A stretch of DNA of 59,846 bases, filler included, from Malassezia furfur (lineage: Eukaryota): the NCBI GenBank assembly GCA_052055015.1. It is 4 parts of 4 records of this genome, joined end to end, with 100 filler letters (N's around TTAATTAATTAA, not from the genome) between each part and the next. Parts side by side here need not be neighbours in the genome. Positions count along the whole stretch, not along the records: positions 30,210 to 45,011 come from JBQJIT010000281.1; positions 45,112 to 59,846 come from JBQJIT010000283.1; 2 more parts are not named here. One strand, given 5' to 3'. A program made the position numbers and the translations under genes. The notes beneath the pieces are model-generated. The model saw nothing but the letters and a program-made list of their open reading frames with translations. It searched no databases and was not told where the DNA came from. The stretch's first letter is position 1. Every line of letters begins with the position of its first letter. Below, one piece after another: positions 41,966 to 52,640 of the stretch.

Positions 41966-44900
41966 TTATGTACGGCTGCGGCCCGTGATCTTGAGCTTCT
42001 GCGCCTGCTTGGCGTTCTTCTTGCCCGCGACGGACGAGAGCGGCACGTAGGCGTACGGGCTCATGCCGTTCTTTTGCACGTCGCCGGCCGCACGCTTCGC
42101 GCGGAACGTCTCGCCGATCGCCTGCTTCTTGGCGCGCGGGCGCTTGGCGGCGCGCGCACCGCCCTCGGGCGCGGGTGCCTCGTCGCCCTCGTCGTCGAGG
42201 CGCTCGTTCGCGCGCGTGCGCTTCGTGTTCTTGTTGAACTTGACCGCGCCGCCGCGCGTGTGCGTGAAGCCGTCGACGCCCATCTCCTTCTCGAGGTACG
42301 CGCGGCCGGCCATCTGGTCGTCGACCGACGGCTGCGGCGCAGCGTCTGCCGCCTCGTCGTCCGACTCGACGATGCGCAGGCGGCCCGAGGCGTCGACCGG
42401 CAGCTTCTTGGCCTCGTCGCCCGGGCGCCGCTCCTTGTGCCCGGCGCGCTTGGCGCGCACGGTCGTCGCGCCCCGGTCGAGCAGGTCGAGCGGCACCTCG
42501 TCGTCCTCCACAAGGTACGCCTCGTCCTCGCGCGCGCGGCGGCCCGGCTTCGGCTTGGCGTGCGCGCGGCGGCCGCTTGGCGCCTCGTCGTCGTCCGACT
42601 CAGACTCGGACGCAGAGCCGTAGAGTGCCTCTTCGAACGCGTCCATGCTGCCGGCGCCCGGCGCGCGCTGGAAGGCGTTGGGCGCGTCGTCGTCCGCGGC
42701 GTCGGCGTCGGCGGCGGCGCTCTTCTTCCGGCGCGCGCGCTCCTTGCGCTTGCGGATGTTGGTGATGAGCCGCTTGTTGTCCTCGTCGACGTGGCGCTCG
42801 ACAGCCGGCACGCCGAAGCGGCGGATGAGGCGCTCAATGATGTGGCGCACGCGCCCCTTGAAGTGGTTCTTGTGCGCGACCTGCACGCCGATCAGCGCGG
42901 GCACGAGCTCGCCGAGGTGCGCCTCGACGCGCGGCGCGTCCAGGACGACGATCGCGACCTTGGTGAGGCCGAGCGCGCTCTTGATGATCTCGCGGTTGGT
43001 GCTTTCGAGGTACACCACCATCGTGCTCAGCAGCTCGTCGAGCGTCTCGACGGGGAGGCGCGCGTGGAACTCGTACAGGAGGCGCGCAAGCGCGGTGATC
43101 GACGCGCTGATCATGCGCGGCGTCGCGCCCGCCAGGCCCGCGGCCACCATCAGGATGTACTCGTTCGCCGACGCAGGCACCTCGGCGTCGGGGCGGCGCA
43201 GCACACCGCCGCGGTCCATGCGCTCGCCGATCGCGACGAGCAGCGCATAGGCGGCCTCGCGCGCGCCCTGGTTCGCCTCCTTGGTGCCGAGCACCGCCTC
43301 GGGCACCATGGCGCCGAGGATGTGCAGCTCCGCATCGCCCACGAGCGGCGCCAGCGCACCGAGCAGCAGCAGACGGTCGCGCACCGCGCCGGCCTGCACG
43401 TCGTCGGTGTGCACGCCGAGGCGCGCGAGCAGCTCGGCACATCCGCGCTCCGCCGAGCCGACACGCGCGAACAGCGCCGTCGCCTCGCGGCCGCTCAGCA
43501 GGCGCGCGAGGATGCGGTACACCTTCTTCTGGATGCCGCCGTCCTCGATGGCGAGGAGCGCGTCGCTGCTCGCGACGTCGTACAGCGACGCAGCGTTCGC
43601 GCCGTGCACGAACGGCACCAGCGCCACGAGCAGGTCGAGCATCGTGTGCGGCAGCGGCGGCACATACCGCGGCGAGTTGGGCTCCGGTCCCCCGGTGTGC
43701 GCTGCGGGCGTGTAGGAGGCGAGCGACTGCTCGAGCATCTGCGCGACCTTGGTGTAGGTCTGCGTGACGCTGTCCGCGTCGAGGATGCCGAGGTAGGTGC
43801 TGATGCACTCCATCACGTAGCCGCGCGCCTGCGCCGGCAGCTCGGCGAGCAGGTTGAACAGCGCGGTGAACAGCACGCCCGACAGCGCACGCAGGTGCTC
43901 CACAAACCGTTTCCCGGCCGCCTGGTCGACGCCGAACTGGCGCACGAGCTGTGCCGAGGGCGCCTGCGACGCAGCGAGCGCCTCGCTGCGCTGCACGAGC
44001 AGCTCGAGCCCCTTGAGCACGCTGGGGCGCAGCGCACTCTGCGAGCGCAGCACGTTGATCAGAAGCTCGAGGAACTGCGGCGTCATGGCCGTGTCGACGT
44101 CGCGCGCCAGCTCGCAGTACGCAGGGAAGCATGCCCAGATCTGCTCGATGAGCGCCTCAAACACCTTGGCCTCGACGGGCTTGGCGCCGCCCGACTCGGC
44201 CGCGATGCGCAGCTCAAACAGCGCCTCGGAGAGCGGCACCAGCGCGTCGACAAAGTGCTGCAGCTCCGTGTTGGTGATGTGCTCGCGCAGCAGGGGCAAC
44301 AGCCACGCACGGCCCGTGCCCTGCGTGTTCGGCCGGCGCTGCGCGTCGAGCAGCTGCAGCGGCAGGCGCTGCAAAAACGCCGCGGGGCCGCACGCCTCGA
44401 TCGCCGCACCGAGCACGAGGTCCGCCTCGGGGCGCGCGTCAAAGCCCTTTTGCGTCCGCAGCGTCGCGACGTCTTCCACGACGTCCATCACGAGCGCCTC
44501 GGCTGCGGGCTGCGTGCCGGGCGCCGGCGCGTACCGCAGGCGCGCAATCAGGCCCGCCAGCACCGCAAGCACGTCGGCGCGCGCGTGCGCATAGCGGATC
44601 GCATGCCGGCCAAGCGCGTCGCGCAGCGACGCAATCATCTTGGCGAGCGGCGCCTTGGCGCTCTGGCACGCCTCGAGCACCGCCGCGTCGGGCACCGCAT
44701 AGCGCAGCAGCGCGAGCAGCGCGTGCCGGCCGGCCGCACGCACCTCGGGCGAGTGTCGACTCGCGTCCGACTTGGCCGACAGTGCGAGCTCCATCACGTC
44801 GGCCCACACCTGCGGCACGAGCGCCCACGCCTCGCTGCCGTCGCCCAGCCGCGAGTAGGCGACCATGCACGCCTCGAGCAGCGCGAGGTAGGATGGCAGC

Positions 44901-45011
44901 GTCTGCACGTCGGTGTGCGCGGGTACAATGTCGGGGTTGCGCAGCGCCGCGAGCGTCTCGCGGAGCATGGTGGCGTCGGGCGCCGCCGCGGGCGCCGTGA
45001 CGGCGGGCGTC
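41966..45011 (-). CDS. RRP12: Ribosomal RNA processing protein RRP12 (5' end truncated by contig end)
   Basis: GRAWLLPLLR, QIWACFPAYC, IQKKVYRIL, EAVLGTKEAN, STNREIIKSALG, NIRKRKERARRKK, AGDVQKNGMSPYAYVPL. Confidence 0.9.
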
Positions 45012-45111
45012 NNNNNNNNNNNNNNNNNNNNNNNNNNNNNNNNNNNNNNNNNNNNTTAATTAATTAANNNNNNNNNNNNNNNNNNNNNNNNNNNNNNNNN
45101 NNNNNNNNNNN
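45012..45111. other. Artificial contig linker
   Basis: N44-TTAATTAATTAA-N44. Confidence 0.98.
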
Positions 45112-46529
45112 TGCCAGGCGCGACGCCGAGCAGCCCGGACGCGCCTGGCGCCGAGGCGGGCTGCGCCGACGTGCAGAGCTATAGCTACTTTGCGCACCCG
45201 AGCCCCGGCATGCTGACGCGGCACAGCAACGCGTCAACCATGTCGTTCGACTCGCTCGCGACGACCTACGACTCGCCCGCGTCGCCTGGTCGCGCGCTCG
45301 GCAGCGGCACCGACCTGGCCATGTCGCCGCTCGCGCTCGGTCCGTCGTCGGTGCCGGACACGCCGTCGACGCGCGCGCGTGCGCCATACCCCGGCGTGTG
45401 GCGCCGGCTGAAGCGCTGGACGCGCGAGGCGTGCAAGGTGATCGAGCTCGTCAACGCGTTCCTCGCGACGCCCGAGGGCGCCGCGGTGTGCACGGCGCTC
45501 GACCTGCCCTCGCGCCTGCCCGTCGCGGCGTCGGGCGCACCGCCCGAGGTGACCTATCTGTCGACGCGCCTGCGGTCCACGAGCGAGCACTTTGAGGACA
45601 TGATCGAGTGCCTGCTCGCGATCGACCTGCCGTGGTTCTGCCTGGAGATTAGCGACTACAAGGCCCTGGTGCGCGCGTGGGAGCGCGAGCACGGGCGCAG
45701 CCGCCGCGTGTTCTGCCACAACGACTCGCAGCCGGGCAACCTGCTGAAGCTGCGCCTCGACGAGCACGGCGAGCTGCCGCCGATCGCCGCGGGCATGCGC
45801 CGCGATGCGCCCGCGCCCAACTCGCCCGAGCTCTTCTCGCGCGGCGAACGCCGGCGCCCGCGCTCGCGCACGCGCGCCACGCCCGCCTACCAGCGGCTCG
45901 CGGTGATCGACTTTGAGTATGCGAGCCCCAACCCGCGTGCGTTCGACATCGCGAACCACTTCAACGAGTGGCGTGCGGATTACAATGCGCCCGTCGACTC
46001 GTGGAGCCACTATGCGCACGGCGCGTACCCCACGGCGGACGAGCGGCGCCGCTGGCTGCACGCGTACGTCGACCAGGGCCGCGCGCTCACAAGCCGCTTT
46101 GGGCCCGCCAAGCTCGCGTCGCCCGAGGCGCCGGCGATCACCGACATAGCGCTGCCGCCGGCCGTGACGTCGCCCGCGCCGCCGAGCAGCCCGCCGGCTC
46201 CGTCGCCCAAGACGCTGCGCGAGCGCGCCATCGCCGCCGAGATCGACCGGCTCGAGGAGGAGATCCGCATCTGGTCGCCCGCCACCAACGCCGTGTGGGG
46301 CCTGTGGGGCATTGTGATTGCGCGCGATCCGATCATGGCGCTGATCCAGCGCGTGCGCGCGCGTGTGCACCGCACGGACGACGGCACGCTGCGCTACGAG
46401 CCCGAAGAGATCGTCGCACAGACCTACGAGGCGGGCAGCGCGGAGAACTTTGACAACCTGCGCTTTGCGCTCGGCCGCATGGAAATTTTCCGCAACGAGT
46501 TGCGCGCGCTGCAGCACTCGGCGCCGTAG
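45112..46529 (+). CDS. Choline/ethanolamine kinase (5' end truncated by contig start)
   Basis: Brenner motif VFCHNDSQPGNLL and choline kinase motif IDFEYASPNPRAFDIANHFNEW; WGLWGI. Confidence 0.88.
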
Positions 46530-46556
46530 GGGGAATAGTTGCGCTACGAACGCTAT

Positions 46557-47165
46557 TTAGGCGTCCTCCGCCTTGGGCGCGTCCGCGCTCGGCGCCGCGG
46601 CCTCTGCCGCAGGCTGCGGGCCCTTGCCCGGCACCTCGTCGTCGACCTCGTCGAGGTCGCCGCCGGTGGCGCCCGGCGTCGGCACGCCCGGCGCCGACGC
46701 GCCGTTCACCGCCGCATCCTTGGTGATGAGCTGCATGATCAGGTCAAACACCTCCTTGGGCACCGCCTTCTGGTAGATCATCACGAGCTCCACCGGTGCG
46801 GGGTACACCTTGAGCGCCTTGAAGAAGGCGATGGCGGCGGCGACATGGTGCGCCGGGCCCTGCGCAAAGAGCGCCTCGCCCGCGGCGACCTGCTCCATGA
46901 AGAACTTCTCCTTCTCCTGCACGCCGCCCGGGAGCACGCCCGGCGTCGCGACGTCGCGCACGGCCTGTTCGATCTGGGCGGCCTGCTCCTTCTTCGCGGC
47001 CTTTTCTTCGCGGATCGCCGCCTTGGTCGACTGCTTCGACTGCTTGCGCAGCTGCTTGCGGAACGTGGGGTCGTTGCGGCGGCGGTAGTCAAAGTACACC
47101 GCGTAGCCCACCGCGGCCACACTCAGTGTCACACCGGTCCAGGAGAGCGCCGTCGAGAGCCGCAT
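46557..47165 (-). CDS. TOM20: Mitochondrial import receptor TOM20
   Basis: GYAVYFDYRRRNDPTFRKQL, FFMEQVAAGEAL, FFKALKVYPAPVELVMIYQKAVP. Confidence 0.95.
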   Translation of the reverse strand: MRLSTALSWTGVTLSVAAVGYAVYFDYRRRNDPTFRKQLRKQSKQSTKAAIREEKAAKKEQAAQIEQAVRDVATPGVLPGGVQEKEKFFMEQVAAGEALFAQGPAHHVAAAIAFFKALKVYPAPVELVMIYQKAVPKEVFDLIMQLITKDAAVNGASAPGVPTPGATGGDLDEVDDEVPGKGPQPAAEAAAPSADAPKAEDA

Positions 47166-47275
47166 GTTGGTGAAAGCGCTTAAGAACCTAGCTCCCGATC
47201 ACGTGCGGTGCTTTGGCCACCCCGCCGGGCGCGGCGCGGCCCCTCCACCCGAAGCCCCGCGGGTCGTGCGCACGG

Positions 47276-49962
47276 ATGAGCACGAATCCCTTCCGCCGCG
47301 GCGGCGCGGCGCCTGCGCCCGCGCCTGTGCCCGCTCCAGCGCCCGCCCCAGTGCGCGTGGAGCATGCGGCGCACAGCGGAGATGCGCACGCCACCACGGC
47401 GCTGACGCCGCTGCGTGCGCACTACCTCAAGACGACGCTCGTCTCGCTGCAGCTGCAGCACGAACTGTCGCTGCTGATGCAGCGCGACGCGCTCGCGATG
47501 CTTGGGCCGCCGTTCCGTGGCGCGCCGGCATACAGCGGCACCGAGCTGCCGCTGATGCGCCACTTCCTGCGGCGCTTTGTGCTCACGTTCCCGTTCTTCG
47601 CGACGGCACCGCCCGACTTTTTCCCGAACACGGTGCAGGTGTTTATGGAGCAGCTGCTCGCACGCAACATCATCGTGCTCGACGAGGCCGATGGCGACAC
47701 GACGGTCGCGACGACGGTCGTGCGCCGCGCCGAGCGCTACCTGTGCCTGCTGCTCAGCTCCGGCATCCACCTTGCGTCGCTGCGGGAAGAGGTCGTGCGT
47801 ATCTCGGACACGGACCGCGAGCGCCTGGCGCGCTTCGAGGCGCGCAGCCGCGCGGCTGCGGGCAGCACGGTGCACGGCGGGCTCGAGGTCAATATCGTGT
47901 CGGTCCGCACAGTGATCGGCAAGGGGCGGCTGCGGAACAAGCCGCACGACGAGTTCGTCCTCGAGACGCGCGCGCACGACGGCACAAACGTGTACGTCTC
48001 GCGGCGGTACAGCGACCTGGCGCGCTTGCACGTCGCGCTGCGTGCGCGCTTCCCGGACGAGGACATTGCGGCGCCCCCGCAAAAGGACCGCTCGACGACG
48101 GCCGTGCCCGGCGGTGCGCCGCTCACGCGCGAGCGCAACCGGCTGACGCTGCGTGCGTACGTGCGGAGCCTGCTGGGCATCCCCGCCGTGGCCGACAGCG
48201 AGCTGATGCGCGAGTTTCTGCTGAACGACCCGATCGAGCTGAGCGCCGCCGAGGCCGAAGACGTCGCGGCGCGTGCGCATGCCGACGCCGTGCGCGCCGA
48301 GCAGCGGCAGCAGTTTGCGCGCGAGACGGCGGCGCGTGCGGGCGAGCTGCGTGCGCACCTCGGCGCGTTCAAGGCGGAGCTGCTGCAGCGCGACGGCCTG
48401 TCGCAGCTGTTCGCGACGATCCGTGCGACGCCGCGCGTCGAGGATCTCCCGGCCAAGTACCGCGTGCTGCTCGAGTGGGCCAAGACGTCGATGGCCTCGG
48501 GACTGTACAGCATGTTTGTCGGGCGCGACGCGTCGTCGCAGCACTTTGCGCAGCTGAAGTACATGCATTCGATGATGCCCTACTTCATGGTGCGCAGCAT
48601 CATGCGCCTCTCGAACCCGCTCGCGATGATCCGCTCGCTGCTCGACCTGTTCCTTGCGCAGCCGTTTGGACAGCGCAGCCTGCTGCAGCGCATGTTCACC
48701 GGCCCGCTCCACGAGGAGATCACCGAGCTGCGTGAGCTGGGCAAGCGCGTGCAGGCGCGCATCGGCGACGCGCACCTCGCGCGCAAGGTCGACGAGTTTG
48801 TCGCCGCGCCGTACCGCGTGCAGTGCGTGTATCTGGCGCAGGCCGAGGACGAGCGCATCGACCTGCTGACCGCTGTGCTGCGCTCGCCGCTCGGCGGCGA
48901 CCTGCAGCAGCACCAGGTGCACCGCGTGGTGCATGCGAGCCGTGCGTACGCCGCGTTCAAGCGCGAGCGGCGCGTGGCGCTCGCGCGCGGCGAGCCGGAG
49001 CCGGAGCCGGACAACGACGAGGCGTGGCTGTACGAGGACCTGCACGTGTACCTGAACCTCTCGCGGCGCATCCACGACAAGGAGCAGGTTGTGGCGCTCA
49101 TCTACGACCAGGCGACCACCGACCTGCTCAAGGAGATCATCACCATCTTTTACGCGCCGCTCGCACAGGTGTACAAGGCGGCCAACATTGCCGACACGCT
49201 CAGCGACGTCCAGGTGTTCATCAACGACCTGATCCGCACGGTGGAAGAGCACGAGGCGCTCAGCGAGACGCAGCCGCGCCACATGGTGCAGGTGTTTGTC
49301 GACCTCGTGGAGCGCCACGAGCAGATGTTCTACCACTTCATCCACCAGGTGCACGCCAAGGGCCCCGAGCTCTTTGACCAGCTCGTGCGCTGGGTGGAGC
49401 AGTTTGTCGAGTACATGCGCAACCCCACCGCGGACGACGCGGCGGTCGGCGGGCTCGGCCTGGTCGACCTCGAGGCGTGCCTGCCGCGCCACGCCCACGA
49501 ACGCGCGCACGTCTTCCACGAGGTCGACCGCGTGGTGCACGACGCATACGAACGCAAGCTCAAGCGCGAGCTCAAGACGCAGCGCAAGCTCGCGCGCCGC
49601 GCCGTCGCGAGCGCCGGCGACGAGCCGGACGAGGCGATGGGCACCGCACACGACCCGGTCGCCGAGGCGCTCTCGGAGCAGTTTGGCTTCCACAGCATGT
49701 TTGGCCAGGTCGCCGACGTCGAGGCCGAGGAAAGCGACTCGGAAAGCGACCAGGACGCACTCTCCGACTCCGACTCGGACGAGGGGCCCGAGGACCCCGA
49801 GCCTTTGCGGCACCGCAGCGCGTCGCCGCAGCACACGCGGCACGCGGCCGCCACCGAGGAGCCGGCGGCGCCGCGTCTCGACGCGATCCGCGCCATGCTC
49901 CCCGCGTTCCTGAAGCAGGTGAGTTGGGACGACTGACGCAGCTCAAGCCGCATCTCGTGTAG
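47276..49962 (+). CDS. PX-domain protein of the YPR097W/LEC1 (PXB-PX-DUF3818) type
   Basis: HYLKTTLV, PX core VSRRYSDL...PPQKDR...RERNRLTLRAY, MPYF...LSNP, DLFLAQPFGQRSLLQRMF; 23-nt terminal intron 49919-49941. Confidence 0.82.
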
Positions 49963-50087
49963 CGGACGGGTAGGTGAGGGCAATAGATATACAGCGATGT
50001 AGAGGGGATACGGTCCAGTGGCTATAGACGATAGGGTAGTGCAGGACAGTGCACGGGCGGGTGCATGCGCGTGGTGGCGTCGCAAGT

Positions 50088-50251
50088 GCGCACGCGGCGA
50101 GCGCCGACACGGCAGGCGGGCGTGTGAGACGTCCCGGCACACGGCGCGCGCGGCGAGCGTCGACACGGCATGCAGGCGTGCGAAGCGTGTGGGACGTCCC
50201 GGCACACGGCGCGCGCGGCGAGCGTCGGCCCAGCATGCAGGCGTGCGAAGC
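50088..50251. repeat. Tandem repeat, 65-bp unit, about 2.5 copies
   Basis: Units at 50120-50184 and 50185-50249 are near-identical; partial degenerate copy at 50088-50119. Confidence 0.85.
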
Positions 50252-50362
50252 ACCCTTTCGCCGTGCCGCCGCCACCCACCCTGCCGCCACGGCCCTTCGT
50301 CCCCCACAACTCAACTCTTCAATCCATCATGCATTTTTCTATGGGCAGCACATTACGGCACA

Positions 50363-51434
50363 TTACGGCTTCTGCTCACCCTCCGAGCCCTGCTGCGCGC
50401 CGCCGTCCGACTGCGAGCGGTTCTCGTAGACCTTCTTGAAGAGACCGAGCGAGGCCTGCTGGGTCTCGTCGATCTTGTTCTTGAGGTCCTCGGCAGAGAT
50501 CGAGTCGTCGCCCGAGATACCCTTGGCGGCAAGCGCCTCGAGCTCCGAGACGAGCGCCTGGACCTTGTCGGCCTCGTCCTTCTGGAGCTGGTCCTTGAAC
50601 TCGGCCATGGCCTTGGCGGTCTCGCCGGCGACGCTCTGCGCACGGTTCGACTCCTCGATCACCACACGGCGCTGCTTGTCCGCCTCGGCGTGCTGCTCGG
50701 CGTCGTTGACCATGCGCTCGATCTCGTCCTCCGACAGACCCGAGCCGGCGGCGATCGTCATGCTCTGGTCCTTGTTCGTGGCCTTGTCCTTGGCCGAGAC
50801 GTTGACGATACCGTCGGCGTCAATGTCGAACGTCACCTCGATCTGCGGCACACCCTTGGGCGCGGGCGGAATGCCGGTCAGCTGGAAGTTGCCGAGCAGC
50901 TTGTTGTCGCGCACGAGCTCACGCTCACCCTGGTACACCTGGATGTCCACGGCGGTCTGGCCGTCGGCGGCGGTCGAGAACACCTGGCTCTTCTTGGTGG
51001 GGATCGTCGTGTTGCGGTTGATCAGGCGCGTGAACACACCGCCGAGCGTCTGGATACCGAGCGAGAGCGGGGTAACATCCAGGAGCAGCACGTCGGTGAC
51101 GTGGCCGGCGAGCACACCGCCCTGGATCGCGGCACCGATGGCGACCGCCTCGTCGGGGTTCACACCCTTGCACGGCTCGCGCTTGAAGATGTCCTTGACG
51201 GTCTCGACGACCTTGGGCATACGCGTCATACCACCGACCATGATGACCTCGTCGACGTCGTTCGCCTTGACGCCGGCGTCGGCGAGCGCCTTCCGGCACG
51301 GCTCCACGGTGCGCTGCACGAGCTTGCTCGTCCAGCCGTCGAGCTGCGCACGCGTGATCTTGACGTTGATGTGCTTCGGGCCCGAGGCGTCGGCGGTGAT
51401 GTAGGGCAGCGACACGTCGGTCGACTGCGTGCTC

Positions 51435-51466
<32 letters not shown>

Positions 51467-52369
51467 ACGGATACGCTGGATCGCCATGCGGTCCTTGCTC
51501 AGGTCGATACCCGTCTCCTTCTGGAAGTCGCGCACGAGCTGCTCGACGACGACAATGTCAAAGTCCTCGCCACCCAGGTGCGTGTCACCGTTGGTCGACT
51601 TGACCTCGAACACGCCCTTGCTCATCTCGAGAATCGACACATCGAACGTGCCACCACCCAGGTCGAACACGGCGATCGTCGCGTTGTCCTGGCGGTCGAG
51701 ACCGTAGGCGAGCGCCGCAGCCGTCGGCTCGTTGATCACACGCAGCACCTCCATGCCGGCGATCGTACCGCAGTCCTTGGTCGCCTGGCGCTGCGAGTCG
51801 TTGAAGTAGGCAGGCACGGTAATCACGGCGTGCTTCACGCTCTTGCCCAGGTAGCCGGCAGCGGTCTCCTTGAGCTTGCCGACGATGAACGCACCGATCT
51901 GCGAGGGCGAGTACGCCTTGCCGCGCGCCTCGACCCACGCATCACCGTTCGAGTGCGCCACAATCTTGTAGGGGACGTTGTTGATGTCCTTCTGCACCTC
52001 GGGGTCGGTGAACTTGCGGCCGATCAGACGCTTGGTCGCAAACAGCGTGTTTTCGGGGTTCACCACCGCCTGGCGCTTGGCAGGGAGACCGACGAGGCGC
52101 TCGTTGTCCTTGCTGAACGCCACGACGGACGGCGTGGTGCGGCCACCCTCAGAGTTCTCCAGAACACGCGCCTGCTGACCCTCCATGGTCGCAACACACG
52201 AGTTGGTGGTACCCAGGTCGATACCGATCACGGGGCCCGACACCTTGCCAGAGTTGAAACGGACGCCGGCCTTGGGCAGGCCGGCCACAGCGCCGGTGCG
52301 CAGCGACTGCGAGAGCAGCCTGCCGGACGACGGCGCCGTGTACATACCACGGGAAAGTGCTCCAAACAT
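50363..52369 (-). CDS. SSC1: Mitochondrial Hsp70
   Basis: Presequence, [62 protein letters not shown]. Confidence 0.97.
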
Positions 52370-52640
52370 GCTCGATGGGATGTACTTCGGTGGGAAGAAC
52401 GGGTGGCAAACGCTTCGGCCGCAGCTTCTTGTAGCCGTGCGTGGCTTTCTTCTTCCGCCGCGCCTGCGGCGGCCACGCGCGTTCGGCGGGCTTCGGCGGT
52501 CTTCGGTTCGTCACGTGGTCATGTGGAGGTGTGCGCACGCGCCACCCCTCCACGCGCTCGCCCCGCGCGCACGGCCACGGCCTGGGCCGCGGCGCCGGCT
52601 CATAGGACAAGTACGTATATATACGCTACGGCGCCATGTC

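Noticed and set aside
42074..45067. Long antisense or alternative-frame ORFs (also 2-1093, 4354-6138, 10746-12458, 36455-38425, 47180-49843)
   Set aside because: Mirror frames of real genes with high GC3; no motifs of their own.
15008..45111. TTAATTAATTAA flanked by N runs, recurring about every 15 kb
   Set aside because: Artificial six-frame stop linker joining contigs. The two complete contigs are 15002 and 14802 bp, which suggests size-sorted concatenation. Not biological, and genes across the gaps are not neighbours.
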